Origin: Planctomycetota bacterium
GTDB lineage: Bacteria; Planctomycetota; MHYJ01; JACPRB01
Assembly (NCBI GenBank): GCA_041482015.1
Contig: JBGPCZ010000005.1
Span: forward strand, 4,109 to 68,108
Length of the DNA stretch: 64,000 bases
Direction: 5' to 3'
Position numbers and translations under genes: made by a program. Under the pieces are notes generated by a model, which worked only from the letters and a program-made list of their open reading frames with translations, was not told the origin of the DNA and did no database searches. Numbering within the stretch: the stretch's first letter is position 1; the number at the start of each line of letters is the position of its first letter. Shown in pieces: positions 28,082-36,802 of this stretch.

Positions 28082-28770
28082 TACCTCTTGGGCTTCCACT
28101 TCGCGAGCGTGTCGCGCAGGCGGGACTGCTCGTCCTCGCTGAGCACGGAAGCAAGGTCCGGCAGGCACTCCTCGACGGTCCCCGAGATCTTCAGCCATCC
28201 GATCTGTTTCTCGGGATGCGCCTGGAGGAGGAGGGTGTCTTCGGTGAACCCGACCTTGCCAAGGACCGTCTTCTCGAACGCCGCCGCGTGTTCGGGCGAG
28301 ATTTTGGCCGTCTGGACGAAGCCCATGAGAGACATCTTTGCCATCTTTTCCAGCTCGTCTTTCACCGCGCGCGCGAGCCGCGGGATCTGCTCGCCCGTCA
28401 GCTTTCCCTTGATCGCCTCCTCGCGCGACTTCCAGCCTGCCGCGTCGGCGGGTTTCTCGAGATCGGCCCGGGTCCATCCGAGCCAGAGCTCCTCGATTTC
28501 GGACGACTGCTTCTCGGTCAGCTCGACCGGCTTGGCGTACCGCTTGACCCAGCCGCCGGCCACCTGGCGCACGTAGTTTTCCCGCGCCGCCTTCCCGTCA
28601 GCGATCCTCTTTTCGAGCGACTGGTTCTCCTCCTCGAGCGCCCTGTTGCGCTTCTCGATCGCCGACAGCTTGTCCTCGAGCTCCTTGAGCCGCTCTTCGA
28701 CCGTCTTGGCCGGCGGCTTGTCCTGGGGGGCCGACCACGCGAGGGCCGCGGCCAGAATCAGCGGGATCAT
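28081..28770 (-). CDS. secreted coiled-coil protein with LTXXQ-like motifs (Spy/CpxP-like, tentative)
   Basis: Signal-like MIPLILAAALAWSAP, coiled coil ERLKELEDKLSAIEKRNRALEEEN, then LTEKQ, LTGEQ and LSEDEQ motifs. Confidence 0.6.
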   Translation of the reverse strand: MIPLILAAALAWSAPQDKPPAKTVEERLKELEDKLSAIEKRNRALEEENQSLEKRIADGKAARENYVRQVAGGWVKRYAKPVELTEKQSSEIEELWLGWTRADLEKPADAAGWKSREEAIKGKLTGEQIPRLARAVKDELEKMAKMSLMGFVQTAKISPEHAAAFEKTVLGKVGFTEDTLLLQAHPEKQIGWLKISGTVEECLPDLASVLSEDEQSRLRDTLAKWKPKR

Positions 28771-28789
28771 GGTTCGTCCTTCCTGCTTC

Positions 28790-29614
28790 CTATTTCCAGC
28801 CCATCTTGTCGAGCCGGGCCGTCTGCTCCGGCGTGAGCGAGGGCTTCACGTGCCCCAGGGCGTCCCGCATCAGGCCGTTCCAGTCCGCGCCGTGCGCCTC
28901 GGGAAGGAGCATGCTCGTGGGTGCGCGGTAGTCGCCGAGCGACTGCTGGATCCGCGTCTGCTCGTCCTTCGGGGCGCCCATCATGCTGCCGAGCGACCGA
29001 CCCATGTTGGACCACATCTTCTGCGCCGATACCGAGGTGTTCTCGTTCAACTTCGCCGACTGCTCCGCCGTGAGCCGGGAGCGGAGGTCGCCCTCCCGGG
29101 CGAGCCACGTTGCGGCGTCCGCCGCGCGCCCCGCGTCCTGCTTCCCCCACGACGTGCAGAGCTCGAGGAGCGACTGCTGCTGGGTCTCGTTCAGGCCCAG
29201 GAGCGTCTCCCACGACCGGACGCGCCACTCCGCCATCGACTTCGCGGAGGCCTCCGCCATCTTCTCGCCGACCTGTTTCTCCAGCTCCTTGTTGGAGGCC
29301 GCCAGCTCGTCCCTTTTGGACTCGAGCTCGCGAAGGCGCTCCTCCATCTTTCGCACGCGCTCCAGGATGACCGCGGTCTCGGGCGAGACCGGGGCGGACG
29401 GGGTCGCGGCGAGCGGCCGCGCCGCGGGCGGTGCGATGGAGATTCGATCGTCCGCCGCCGGGGACGGCTCGGGGGTCCACGCCTTGCGCGTCGCCGTCGA
29501 GGGGCGCGGCGAGGAAGGCGCCGGTTCCGGCGCGCGCTCCCCGCGGGCGGCCCAGACGATGAGCCCGAGTGCGAGCGCGACGCCGGCGATAACGACGACG
29601 GTCGATTTCGGCAC
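28790..29614 (-). CDS. membrane-anchored coiled-coil protein with LTXXQ-like motifs, paralogous in layout to 28081..28770
   Basis: GTG start at 29612-29614, preceded by GAGGAAGGAAAAG. TM segment STVVVIAGVALALGLIVWAA. LNETQ, LTAEQ and LTPEQ motifs. Confidence 0.6.
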   Translation of the reverse strand: MPKSTVVVIAGVALALGLIVWAARGERAPEPAPSSPRPSTATRKAWTPEPSPAADDRISIAPPAARPLAATPSAPVSPETAVILERVRKMEERLRELESKRDELAASNKELEKQVGEKMAEASAKSMAEWRVRSWETLLGLNETQQQSLLELCTSWGKQDAGRAADAATWLAREGDLRSRLTAEQSAKLNENTSVSAQKMWSNMGRSLGSMMGAPKDEQTRIQQSLGDYRAPTSMLLPEAHGADWNGLMRDALGHVKPSLTPEQTARLDKMGWK

Positions 29615-29616
29615 GG

Positions 29617-30690
29617 TTACTTTTCCTTCCTCTGCTCGATCCTCAACTCGTTCAGCTTCTCTTCCAGCTCGATGATGACCGGCTGGCCCGGGGCCGCGCC
29701 GGGCGCGCCCTGGATCACCCGCAGGCCGCCGCCACCGGGATTGCCCGCGGACCATCCAAACGCGCCGCCGCCGGCCTTGAGCTGGTCCTTGAGCTGCTTG
29801 TTCCGGGTCTCGAGGCGCGTGAGTTCGTCCTCGAGCTTGGCCACGCGGGCCGCGAGTTGCTCGAGACGCTTGAGGAGCGCCTCGGCATCCTGGGGCGACG
29901 CCACGAGAAGCGGCGCCTCGAAGGCCGCGAGCACCACGGGGTGCCCCGGCTCGGCCGGGACCTGGCCCTGCGCGTTCGAAAGCGACGCGGATCCGGCGAA
30001 CACGGTCACGAGAGCCCCTGCGATCAGTCCCTTCATCGGAGTTCCTCCTTCTTCTGAATCCACGATCTTCACGCTGAACGTTCCATTCCCGCTTTCCACG
30101 CGCCCCGCGGGCGCACGGACGACCAGGCGCCGCGGGTCGGGCGCCACGACGAACACGGCCTCCCCCGTCGACAGCTCCGCCTGCACCCCCCGCTCCCCGG
30201 TCCCCTCCAGCCCGAACCGCGAGCCCGCTCCCAGCTCGACCGTCGAGCGGTCCGACAGTCGGACGCTCGACTTTTCGATCGCGCGCAACCGCCAGGACTT
30301 CGAGGCCGCGAGATCCAGAGGCGCGCTCACCTCGCGTCCGTCCTCGAGGGCCACGCGCCCGGCCGTCAGCCGGTGATGCGGGCCGGGCGAGAGGAGGACG
30401 GCGACCAGCCCGAAGAGCACCGCGGCCGCGAGCGACGCCTGCCAGAAGAGCCCGGCGCTCCGCGGACGACGGGCGGCCGGCGTCTCGCGCAGGAGGCGCT
30501 CCTTGAGGGCCGCGAGCCGCGCATCGGGGGCGATTTCCGCGGCGATGGCGCGGGCCTCGTCGCGGAGGTGGTCCGCATCCCCGCGGCAGTCGGCGCAGGC
30601 CGCGAGGTGATCGGCGGTCTCGCGCGCGTCCACCGGCTCGAGGAGATCGTGGACCCAGGCGGTGAGGCGCTCCAGGTTGGGATGGTTCAT
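29617..30690 (-). CDS. anti-sigma factor (zf-HC2 + TM + FecR-like domain) with C-terminal coiled-coil extension
   Basis: The ATG at 30688-30690 overlaps the sigma gene stop (ATGA). The HLAACADCRGDADH zinc-finger anti-sigma motif is followed by TM segment LFWQASLAAAVLFGLVAVLL. Confidence 0.75.
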   Translation of the reverse strand: MNHPNLERLTAWVHDLLEPVDARETADHLAACADCRGDADHLRDEARAIAAEIAPDARLAALKERLLRETPAARRPRSAGLFWQASLAAAVLFGLVAVLLSPGPHHRLTAGRVALEDGREVSAPLDLAASKSWRLRAIEKSSVRLSDRSTVELGAGSRFGLEGTGERGVQAELSTGEAVFVVAPDPRRLVVRAPAGRVESGNGTFSVKIVDSEEGGTPMKGLIAGALVTVFAGSASLSNAQGQVPAEPGHPVVLAAFEAPLLVASPQDAEALLKRLEQLAARVAKLEDELTRLETRNKQLKDQLKAGGGAFGWSAGNPGGGGLRVIQGAPGAAPGQPVIIELEEKLNELRIEQRKEK

Positions 30691-31202
30691 CGGCCCGTCC
30701 CCTCCTGGTAGAGCGCGCGCAGGCGCTGGAGGGCGCGGCAGAGTGCGGTCGCGAGCGCGCCCCGGTTTCGGCCGGTGGCGGCGGCCATCTCCTCGGCGCT
30801 CTTGTTCTCGAGGAATCGCATCTGGAGGAGGTGGCGGTCGTCCTCGGGCAGCCCGGCGAGCGCGACGTGGAGCCGGTTTCGGTCGACGGGCTCCTCGATC
30901 GGCGCGGCCTCGGCGAGCCCCTCGACGATTGGCGTCGCCCGGCGGCGCGAACGGAAGAGGGAGACGGCGGTGTTCCGGGCGACGGTCAGGATCCACGCGC
31001 GGGGCGAGTCCGCGGCCTGGAGCTTCTCGCGCTCGCGGAAGACCGCGAGGAAGGTTTCCTGCGTCGCGTCTTCCGCGTCGTGCGGGTGGCCCAGGACCCG
31101 GAAGCAAGTGCCGTACACGTCCATGAAATATTCTTCTACCAGTTGTGCCTGGGTGGAGGGAGAGCGAGGCTCGATTCTCTGCGGTCGCGTCTCCACCGGC
31201 AT
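30687..31202 (-). CDS. ECF (sigma-70 family group 4) RNA polymerase sigma factor
   Basis: Region 2 (DAEDATQETFLAVF...AWILTVARNTAVSLFR) and region 4 (LPEDDRHLLQMRFLENKSAEEMAAATGRNRGALATALCRALQRLR). Confidence 0.85.
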   Translation of the reverse strand: MPVETRPQRIEPRSPSTQAQLVEEYFMDVYGTCFRVLGHPHDAEDATQETFLAVFREREKLQAADSPRAWILTVARNTAVSLFRSRRRATPIVEGLAEAAPIEEPVDRNRLHVALAGLPEDDRHLLQMRFLENKSAEEMAAATGRNRGALATALCRALQRLRALYQEGTGR

Positions 31203-31320
31203 CTCAACCCAAAAGAGAGTCGCGGAAGGGCCCCCGGGATTACACCGGAATCACAGAATCGTGTACGGGGTGGGAGGTGTGGGCGCGAGGCTGGAGGACA
31301 AGCTTCTTCGATCGAAGATT

Positions 31321-31738
31321 CTAGGCCGGCTTCTCCCAGGCGCATCCCAGCTTCTTGAAGTCGGCATCGAACGAGAGTACCTTTGCACGTCGACTCTTGG
31401 CTCTCGCAGCCAGGAGGCAGTCCGCGATGTCGCAGTTTGTCGAGGCGAAATGAGTCAGCGCCTGGAGTCCCACCCGTTTCCCCCGATAGCGAATCCCCGG
31501 AAACACGAGCAGGTCCGAAAGGGTGCGGGCAATCTCGAAGCGGGGAACGCGTGCGTGCTTTTCGAGGACCCAGATCGTCTCCGCGAGGACCACATCCTCG
31601 ATTTCGGCGAGTTCCTGCTCGGATTCCAGCCGTTTCATGAGAGCGTGCGCCCGCGGAGATTGAGTCGAGTCATCGCCGAGGACGAATCTAAGAATGACGT
31701 TTGCGTCGAGCAGGGAGACCTTCTTTGACGGTTTCATG
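31321..31738 (-). CDS. vapC: PIN-domain toxin (VapC-like)
   Basis: [18 protein letters not shown]... carries the N-terminal acidic PIN residue, and a C-terminal D is present in LSFDADF. Local GC is lower than in the flanks. Confidence 0.8.
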
Positions 31739-31975
31739 TGCGACCTCTCTCCGGACCTCTTCCATGATGTCATGGTGAGATCGCCCGGCCAAAGCCTTGG
31801 AATAGGCCCCCAGGGATGCTGCCAAGGCGTCCGCTCCACGGGCTCCCACGGGCTCGAGAACGGCATGTCCCTTCACCATCACGAATTCGACCTTGGAGCC
31901 GGCCTTGAGGCCCAGCTGGTCCCGGACCCTCTTCGGGATGGTCACCTGCCCCTTGGAGGTGATGGTTGCCGCCAT
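31688..31975 (-). CDS. AbrB/SpoVT/MazE-type antitoxin (VapB-like)
   Basis: [31 protein letters not shown] is the swapped-hairpin AbrB-type DNA-binding motif. The 3' end overlaps the toxin start by 51 nt. Confidence 0.75.
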   Translation of the reverse strand: MAATITSKGQVTIPKRVRDQLGLKAGSKVEFVMVKGHAVLEPVGARGADALAASLGAYSKALAGRSHHDIMEEVRREVAHETVKEGLPARRKRHS

Positions 31976-32089
31976 GATGCGATTCCTTACTTTCAATTAT
32001 CATAGTAATGTTAATGTGGCAATAAGTAAAGGGCAGAATCAAGGCGATGGACGGTCGACAGGATCGCCCCCTCCGTGTACTCCGAGGGG

Positions 32090-32779
32090 TTAGGACAACA
32101 CGAGCAGGTCGTACAGCCGGTAGGCGTGGTGGACCACGGCCTCGAGCTCGTCGGGGCGGTAGAGGATGTCGTCGGCCCGGAGGCGGAGCGCGAGGCGGAA
32201 GCCGCCCGCCGGCGACATGACCAGCTTCATCCGGTGCACGCCCGGCAGGCGGCGCAGCACGACGAGGCTCTCCGCGAGACCCGTCGGCTTTCCCTGCGCG
32301 GGGATCCCGTCCAGCGTCAGCTCGCGGAGGTAGCCGCCGAACACGCCCGAGGCGTAGATCGCGAGCGACTCGTCGATCAGCGGGTCGTGCGTCCGCACGC
32401 GCCGGAGCACCCGGAACGAGTCCCACACGATCGCGAAACCCCAGTCGATCCCGCCCAGCGTCTCGACGATCATGCACGAGCCGGGCCGGACCTTCGGTTC
32501 GAGCCGGAGGATGAGCTCGTCCTCCTCCGGCCGGATGAAGATCGCCGGGCGCCCCTCGTGCGTGAATCGCACCGAGCTCGGCCCGAGGACCCCGCGTTCC
32601 ACGCGCACCGCCGCGAAACGCTCCTTCAAGCGGCCCGCGAAGTCGCGCAGCTTCGACATCCGGTCGCGCGCCCCCTTCGTCATCTCGAAGAGGACCTTGA
32701 TCGGGATGAGGAGGACGACGAGACCGATGCCGATGATGACGAACGCCTGGATCCAGCCGGGGATGGCGGGAGGGCTCAC
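32090..32779 (-). CDS. membrane-anchored hypothetical protein
   Basis: The GTG start overlaps the upstream stop (GTGA). One N-terminal TM segment, WIQAFVIIGIGLVVLLIPI. No recognisable family. Confidence 0.5.
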   Translation of the reverse strand: MSPPAIPGWIQAFVIIGIGLVVLLIPIKVLFEMTKGARDRMSKLRDFAGRLKERFAAVRVERGVLGPSSVRFTHEGRPAIFIRPEEDELILRLEPKVRPGSCMIVETLGGIDWGFAIVWDSFRVLRRVRTHDPLIDESLAIYASGVFGGYLRELTLDGIPAQGKPTGLAESLVVLRRLPGVHRMKLVMSPAGGFRLALRLRADDILYRPDELEAVVHHAYRLYDLLVLS

Positions 32780-34017
32780 GGCACCCTCACCTTCACCGCG
32801 GCGGTGTAAAGCAGTCCGCGGTCGCGCCGCGCCGACTCGAGGAGCGTCTCGAGCGAGGGCTTGGCCGTGTAGGTCGATCGCGAGCCGTTCACCGTGATCG
32901 CCACGGGTTTCGTGAAGTCCACCATCCGTTCATGCAAGTATACCTTGATCTCCTTCGCGCCGGCCGCGGTGATCTTGATCTCGTTCGTCTCCGTCGAAAG
33001 ATCGCCCCGCGCGCGGATCTCCTCCTGGAAGATCAGCCGCTCCTCGATCGGCTTCTTGTCGGTGTCCATGTAGCCGCGCTTGATGATCTCCTTTCCCTTG
33101 AAGTCGACGACCTCGAGCCAAAAGGCGCGGCAGAAGATCCGCTCGTTCGTCTCGATCCCCACCCGCGGCGGGTAGGCCGTCCGCCGCTTCGTCCCCATCC
33201 ACTCCAGCACCTTTCCGTTCTCCTGCGGGAACCACTCGTGCCCGCCGTTGGGGTACTCCTGGAAGACGCAGTCGAGCTTGAGCGTGTCGATCTTCTCCTT
33301 GGCGATGTGGACCCACGCGTTCGAGACCTCGGGGTCCTTCGCGCCGACCGTCCAGTAAATCGGCGTGGCCAGCAGGTTCTCCAGTCCCTCGGCGACCAGG
33401 ACCTTCTCCTTCTTGTCGACCGTGACGTACCGGAAGACCGGGCCGCCCGACCGCGGCGCCGCGCCGGCGAAGAGGTCCGCGTACGTGCAGGCGAACTGGA
33501 ACGAGCCGTTCCCGCCCATCGACGCGCCATCGATGAAGACCCGGTCGGGATCGACCGAGTAGTTTGCGAGCACGTCGCGCATCGAGTCGAGGACGTAGCG
33601 ATACCCGAGGAGCGAGTGGCCCCAGGCTCCGCGGCCGGCGCTCGGACAGAGGAGGAACGTGTCGCCCGCCTTCTGGACGTCGGCGAGCCAGTTGCGCATG
33701 AAGTCGGGGCCGTTCCCGTTCTGGCCGTGGAGGCTGATGATCAGACGCCAGGCCTTGTCGGGCAAGTAGTCCTTCGGAACCCAGAGGGCGTATTCGAACT
33801 CGCCTCCCTTCTCGTGGTTCGCCTTGATCTTCTTCCGGATGACCTGGCCCGTCCCGTCCGCCGGCCCGCGCTTCGGGGGCTTGCGGAGCTCCGCCTCGAC
33901 CTCCGCGACACCCCCTTTGATCTCGGAGAGGATCTTCGCGCGCGCCGCGGCGTCCTTCTCGGAGAGGTAGCGCTCGACCGGAGAGTCTTGGAACAGGACC
34001 AGCAGGGCCAGCAGCAT
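32776..34017 (-). CDS. alpha/beta hydrolase (esterase/peptidase-like)
   Basis: LIISLHGQNGNG..., nucleophile elbow GASMGG, and a late GGHEW histidine region. Confidence 0.7.
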   Translation of the reverse strand: MLLALLVLFQDSPVERYLSEKDAAARAKILSEIKGGVAEVEAELRKPPKRGPADGTGQVIRKKIKANHEKGGEFEYALWVPKDYLPDKAWRLIISLHGQNGNGPDFMRNWLADVQKAGDTFLLCPSAGRGAWGHSLLGYRYVLDSMRDVLANYSVDPDRVFIDGASMGGNGSFQFACTYADLFAGAAPRSGGPVFRYVTVDKKEKVLVAEGLENLLATPIYWTVGAKDPEVSNAWVHIAKEKIDTLKLDCVFQEYPNGGHEWFPQENGKVLEWMGTKRRTAYPPRVGIETNERIFCRAFWLEVVDFKGKEIIKRGYMDTDKKPIEERLIFQEEIRARGDLSTETNEIKITAAGAKEIKVYLHERMVDFTKPVAITVNGSRSTYTAKPSLETLLESARRDRGLLYTAAVKVRVP

Positions 34018-34066
34018 GCCTATATTACCGATTGCCGACTTTCCTAATTTCCTTCAGGCTGTTATC

Positions 34067-34948
34067 ATGCGCGCCGTGCCGTTCGACGCGGAGTTCCTGA
34101 AGACCCTCGAGGCCCTGAATCTCCTGGCGCGGCGGGCCCTCGCGGGCGACGATCATTCCGAGCGGCGGACCCCCCGGAAGGGCGCGTCCATCGAGTTCTC
34201 CGACTACCGCCGCTACACCCCGGGTGACGAGATCCGGTACATCGACTGGAACGTCTACGCCCGCCACGGAAGCCTTTTCGTCAAGGAGTTCTCCGCCGAG
34301 GAGAACCTCCACGTTTCGGTTCTCCTGGACACGTCGCGCTCGATGGAGTTCGGCGGGAAGTTCCAGGCCGCCAAGGAGCTGGCCGCCGCGCTCGGGTACA
34401 TCGGCCTCTCGAACTACGACACCGTGAGCCTCTACGCTTTCGGATCCGAGCTCCGGATGGTGAAGAAATTCCTGCGGGGCAAGGGGCGGATCTTCGAGCT
34501 CCTGGCCGCGCTCGACGCGCTGGGCGCCGAGGGGGCCACCGACATGCGCGCCGCGTTCAAGGCGCCGCTCCCGCGGATCCGGGGCCGCTCGCTCGTCCTT
34601 TTGATCACCGACTTCTACGACCTGGCCGGCTACGCCGCGGCGGTGCGCGAGCTGCTCTCGCAGCGCTTCGAGGTCCACCTCGTCCACCTCGTGGCGAAGG
34701 AGGAGGCCGCGCCCTCGGCGAAGGGGCGCCTGAGCCTGCTCGATCTCGAGACCGGCCGCGCGCGCGACGTCGCCCTCCTCCCGCGGACGATCGAGGCCTA
34801 CCGCCGCCGCTTCGACCTCTTCTGCTCCGAGGTCGAGGACTTCAGCCGCGCGCACGAGATGCCCTATGCGCGGGTCCTGGCCGATGACCCGCTCGACCGT
34901 CGAGTCGTCGACGTCCTTCGTGCCGGGGGCATCCTGGAGCACCGATGA
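34067..34948 (+). CDS. DUF58 domain protein (vWA-like, MoxR-system type)
   Basis: GASIEFSDYRRYTPGDEIRYIDWNVYARHGSLFVKEF is the DUF58 hallmark. Confidence 0.85.
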   Translation: MRAVPFDAEFLKTLEALNLLARRALAGDDHSERRTPRKGASIEFSDYRRYTPGDEIRYIDWNVYARHGSLFVKEFSAEENLHVSVLLDTSRSMEFGGKFQAAKELAAALGYIGLSNYDTVSLYAFGSELRMVKKFLRGKGRIFELLAALDALGAEGATDMRAAFKAPLPRIRGRSLVLLITDFYDLAGYAAAVRELLSQRFEVHLVHLVAKEEAAPSAKGRLSLLDLETGRARDVALLPRTIEAYRRRFDLFCSEVEDFSRAHEMPYARVLADDPLDRRVVDVLRAGGILEHR

Positions 34949-36780
34949 GTTTCGAACACCCGCAGGGCCTGTGGCTCCTCGCCCTGGGGATCCCCATCCT
35001 GGTCTTTCACTTCTACAAGGGGAGGGTCCGGCGGATGCCGGTGCCGACGCTCCTCTTTTGGGAACAGGTGATCATCGAGGAGGAGCGGAAGTCCGCGCTC
35101 CGGAAACTGAGGCACGTCGCGTCGCTGCTCCTGAACCTTGCCGCGCTCTTCATCCTCACCTCCGCGGTCTCGCTCCCGGAGGTCAAGGGGATCTCGCGCC
35201 CGAAGGGCCGGTACGCGATCCTGCTCGACAACACCCCGTCGATGGGCGCGACCGGCGCGGACGGGCGGACGCGGCTCGACCTCGCGGTCGACCGCGCGCG
35301 CGAGTTCGTCCGCTCCCTCGGCCTCGGGGACCAGGCGGCCATCCACGACCTCTCGGGCGCGCGGGCGCCGTTCACCTCGGACCTCGAGCGCGTGGCGCGC
35401 CGGCTCTCGGTCCCGCCGCCCGTCGACCGTGCCGACCTCCGGGAGCGCGTGGAGGACGCGCTCGCCGCGGGCGGCGACGTCACGGCCATCCTGTTCACCG
35501 ACGCCCCGCCGCGCGGCGTGGACGACCTCCTCGCCTCCGGCCGGCTCCGGGTTGCGCGCGTGGGCGAGGCGGTCGACAACACGGGGTGGACGTCCGGCCT
35601 CGCGGTCCGACGGCCGGGCGAGAAGCGGGTGACGCTCTCGCTCGTCCTCTCCAGCTTCGCCGCCGCGAAGGTCGAGCGGAGCGAGGTGCTCCTGTTCAAC
35701 GGAAAGGAGATCGCACGGCGCGTGGCGCCGCTGGAGCCGGGCGCGCGGCTCGACCGGGAGTGGGCGCTGGATCCCTCGAAGTTCCCCGGCGAGAAGATCG
35801 AGGAGGGCGGGCTCGCGGAGGTCGCGCTCGAACCCCGCGACGCGTTCGCCGCGGACGACGTGGCGTCGTTCGTGGTGCCGCCGCTCGTCCCGCCCCAGGT
35901 CGTCGTCTTCCACGCGGGGAAGCCCGGCGAGTTCCTGATGAGCTCGCTGGACTCGCTGGCCGCGGGCGGCATGGTGCAGCACGAGATCCTGACCGCACCG
36001 GCCGCCTCGTACGCCAGGATGCGGCCGCGGATGGGCGAGGGGTGGATCGCGATCTTCGACCGCGTGGCGCCCCCCGTCCCGCCGGGGGACGGCGGCATCC
36101 TCATCCTCGGTGCCCCGGGCGGCCCGCCGGTCGAGCGCCCGACGATCGCCGACTGGGACCGCGACGCGCCGCCCAACCGGCCGAACGACTACGCGGGCCT
36201 GGTCCTGCGGCGGTCGCGGATCCTCCGGGGCACCCCGCTCCTCCGCGCCGTCGAGGGGCCGATCGCGACGTGGTCCTCCGGCGGCGGTCGCGCCGTCGTC
36301 GAGACGGGGTTTGCGTTCGCGCTCGAGGACGCGGAGCCGCGGCCCGCTCTCCCGATCCTCCTCTTCAACTTCGTCGACTGGGCGGCGTACCGCGGGCTCC
36401 GCTCGTTCCGCGCCGAGTACCGGGTGGGGGAGCCGATCCGGCCGGAGCGCCCCCTTTGGATCGAGGAGGGCGAACTGCTGGTCGCGCAGTCGGGGCGGAC
36501 CGAGCGGGTCGCGGTGCGGCAGGGCCGTCCGGCCCCCGCGCCCGTCGCGGGCCCCGGCTTCGTGCGGATCGGATCGGAGACGCGGACCGAGTGGACCGCG
36601 GTGAACCTGTTCGACGCCGCGGAGTCCGATCTCCGCCCGCGCGAGGAGGCGCCGATGGGGGCGCCGCTCCCGCCGCCCGCGCCGTGGCACGCGAAGATCC
36701 CGTACGCGACGCTCGCGGGGGCCGCGGTCCTCATGCTCCTCCTGTTCGAGTGGTGGCTTTTCCATCGCGGGGCGATTTGA
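34945..36780 (+). CDS. BatA-like protein (aerotolerance-regulator N-terminal double-TM domain + vWA-like region)
   Basis: The ATG overlaps the DUF58 stop (ATGA). The MSFEHPQGLWLLALGIPILVFHF...RRMPVPTLLFW N-terminal motif is followed by a second TM segment. Confidence 0.7.
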   Translation: MSFEHPQGLWLLALGIPILVFHFYKGRVRRMPVPTLLFWEQVIIEEERKSALRKLRHVASLLLNLAALFILTSAVSLPEVKGISRPKGRYAILLDNTPSMGATGADGRTRLDLAVDRAREFVRSLGLGDQAAIHDLSGARAPFTSDLERVARRLSVPPPVDRADLRERVEDALAAGGDVTAILFTDAPPRGVDDLLASGRLRVARVGEAVDNTGWTSGLAVRRPGEKRVTLSLVLSSFAAAKVERSEVLLFNGKEIARRVAPLEPGARLDREWALDPSKFPGEKIEEGGLAEVALEPRDAFAADDVASFVVPPLVPPQVVVFHAGKPGEFLMSSLDSLAAGGMVQHEILTAPAASYARMRPRMGEGWIAIFDRVAPPVPPGDGGILILGAPGGPPVERPTIADWDRDAPPNRPNDYAGLVLRRSRILRGTPLLRAVEGPIATWSSGGGRAVVETGFAFALEDAEPRPALPILLFNFVDWAAYRGLRSFRAEYRVGEPIRPERPLWIEEGELLVAQSGRTERVAVRQGRPAPAPVAGPGFVRIGSETRTEWTAVNLFDAAESDLRPREEAPMGAPLPPPAPWHAKIPYATLAGAAVLMLLLFEWWLFHRGAI

Positions 36781-36802
36781 GTTATACTCCGGTCGAACCC
36801 GG

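Noticed and set aside
24613-28836. 1407-aa ORF on the plus strand, antisense to the 1211-aa kinase and the LTXXQ gene.
   Set aside because: Its composition is dominated by Arg/Gly/Ala/Pro/Leu/Asp, as expected for the shadow frame of a GC-rich gene. It has no recognisable motifs. The opposite strand carries unmistakable kinase and LamG motifs.
31203-32089. The VapBC region as a mobile element or genomic islet.
   Set aside because: I found no integrase, transposase, tRNA target or flanking direct repeats. Lower GC alone is insufficient, so it is reported only as a compositionally atypical TA locus.
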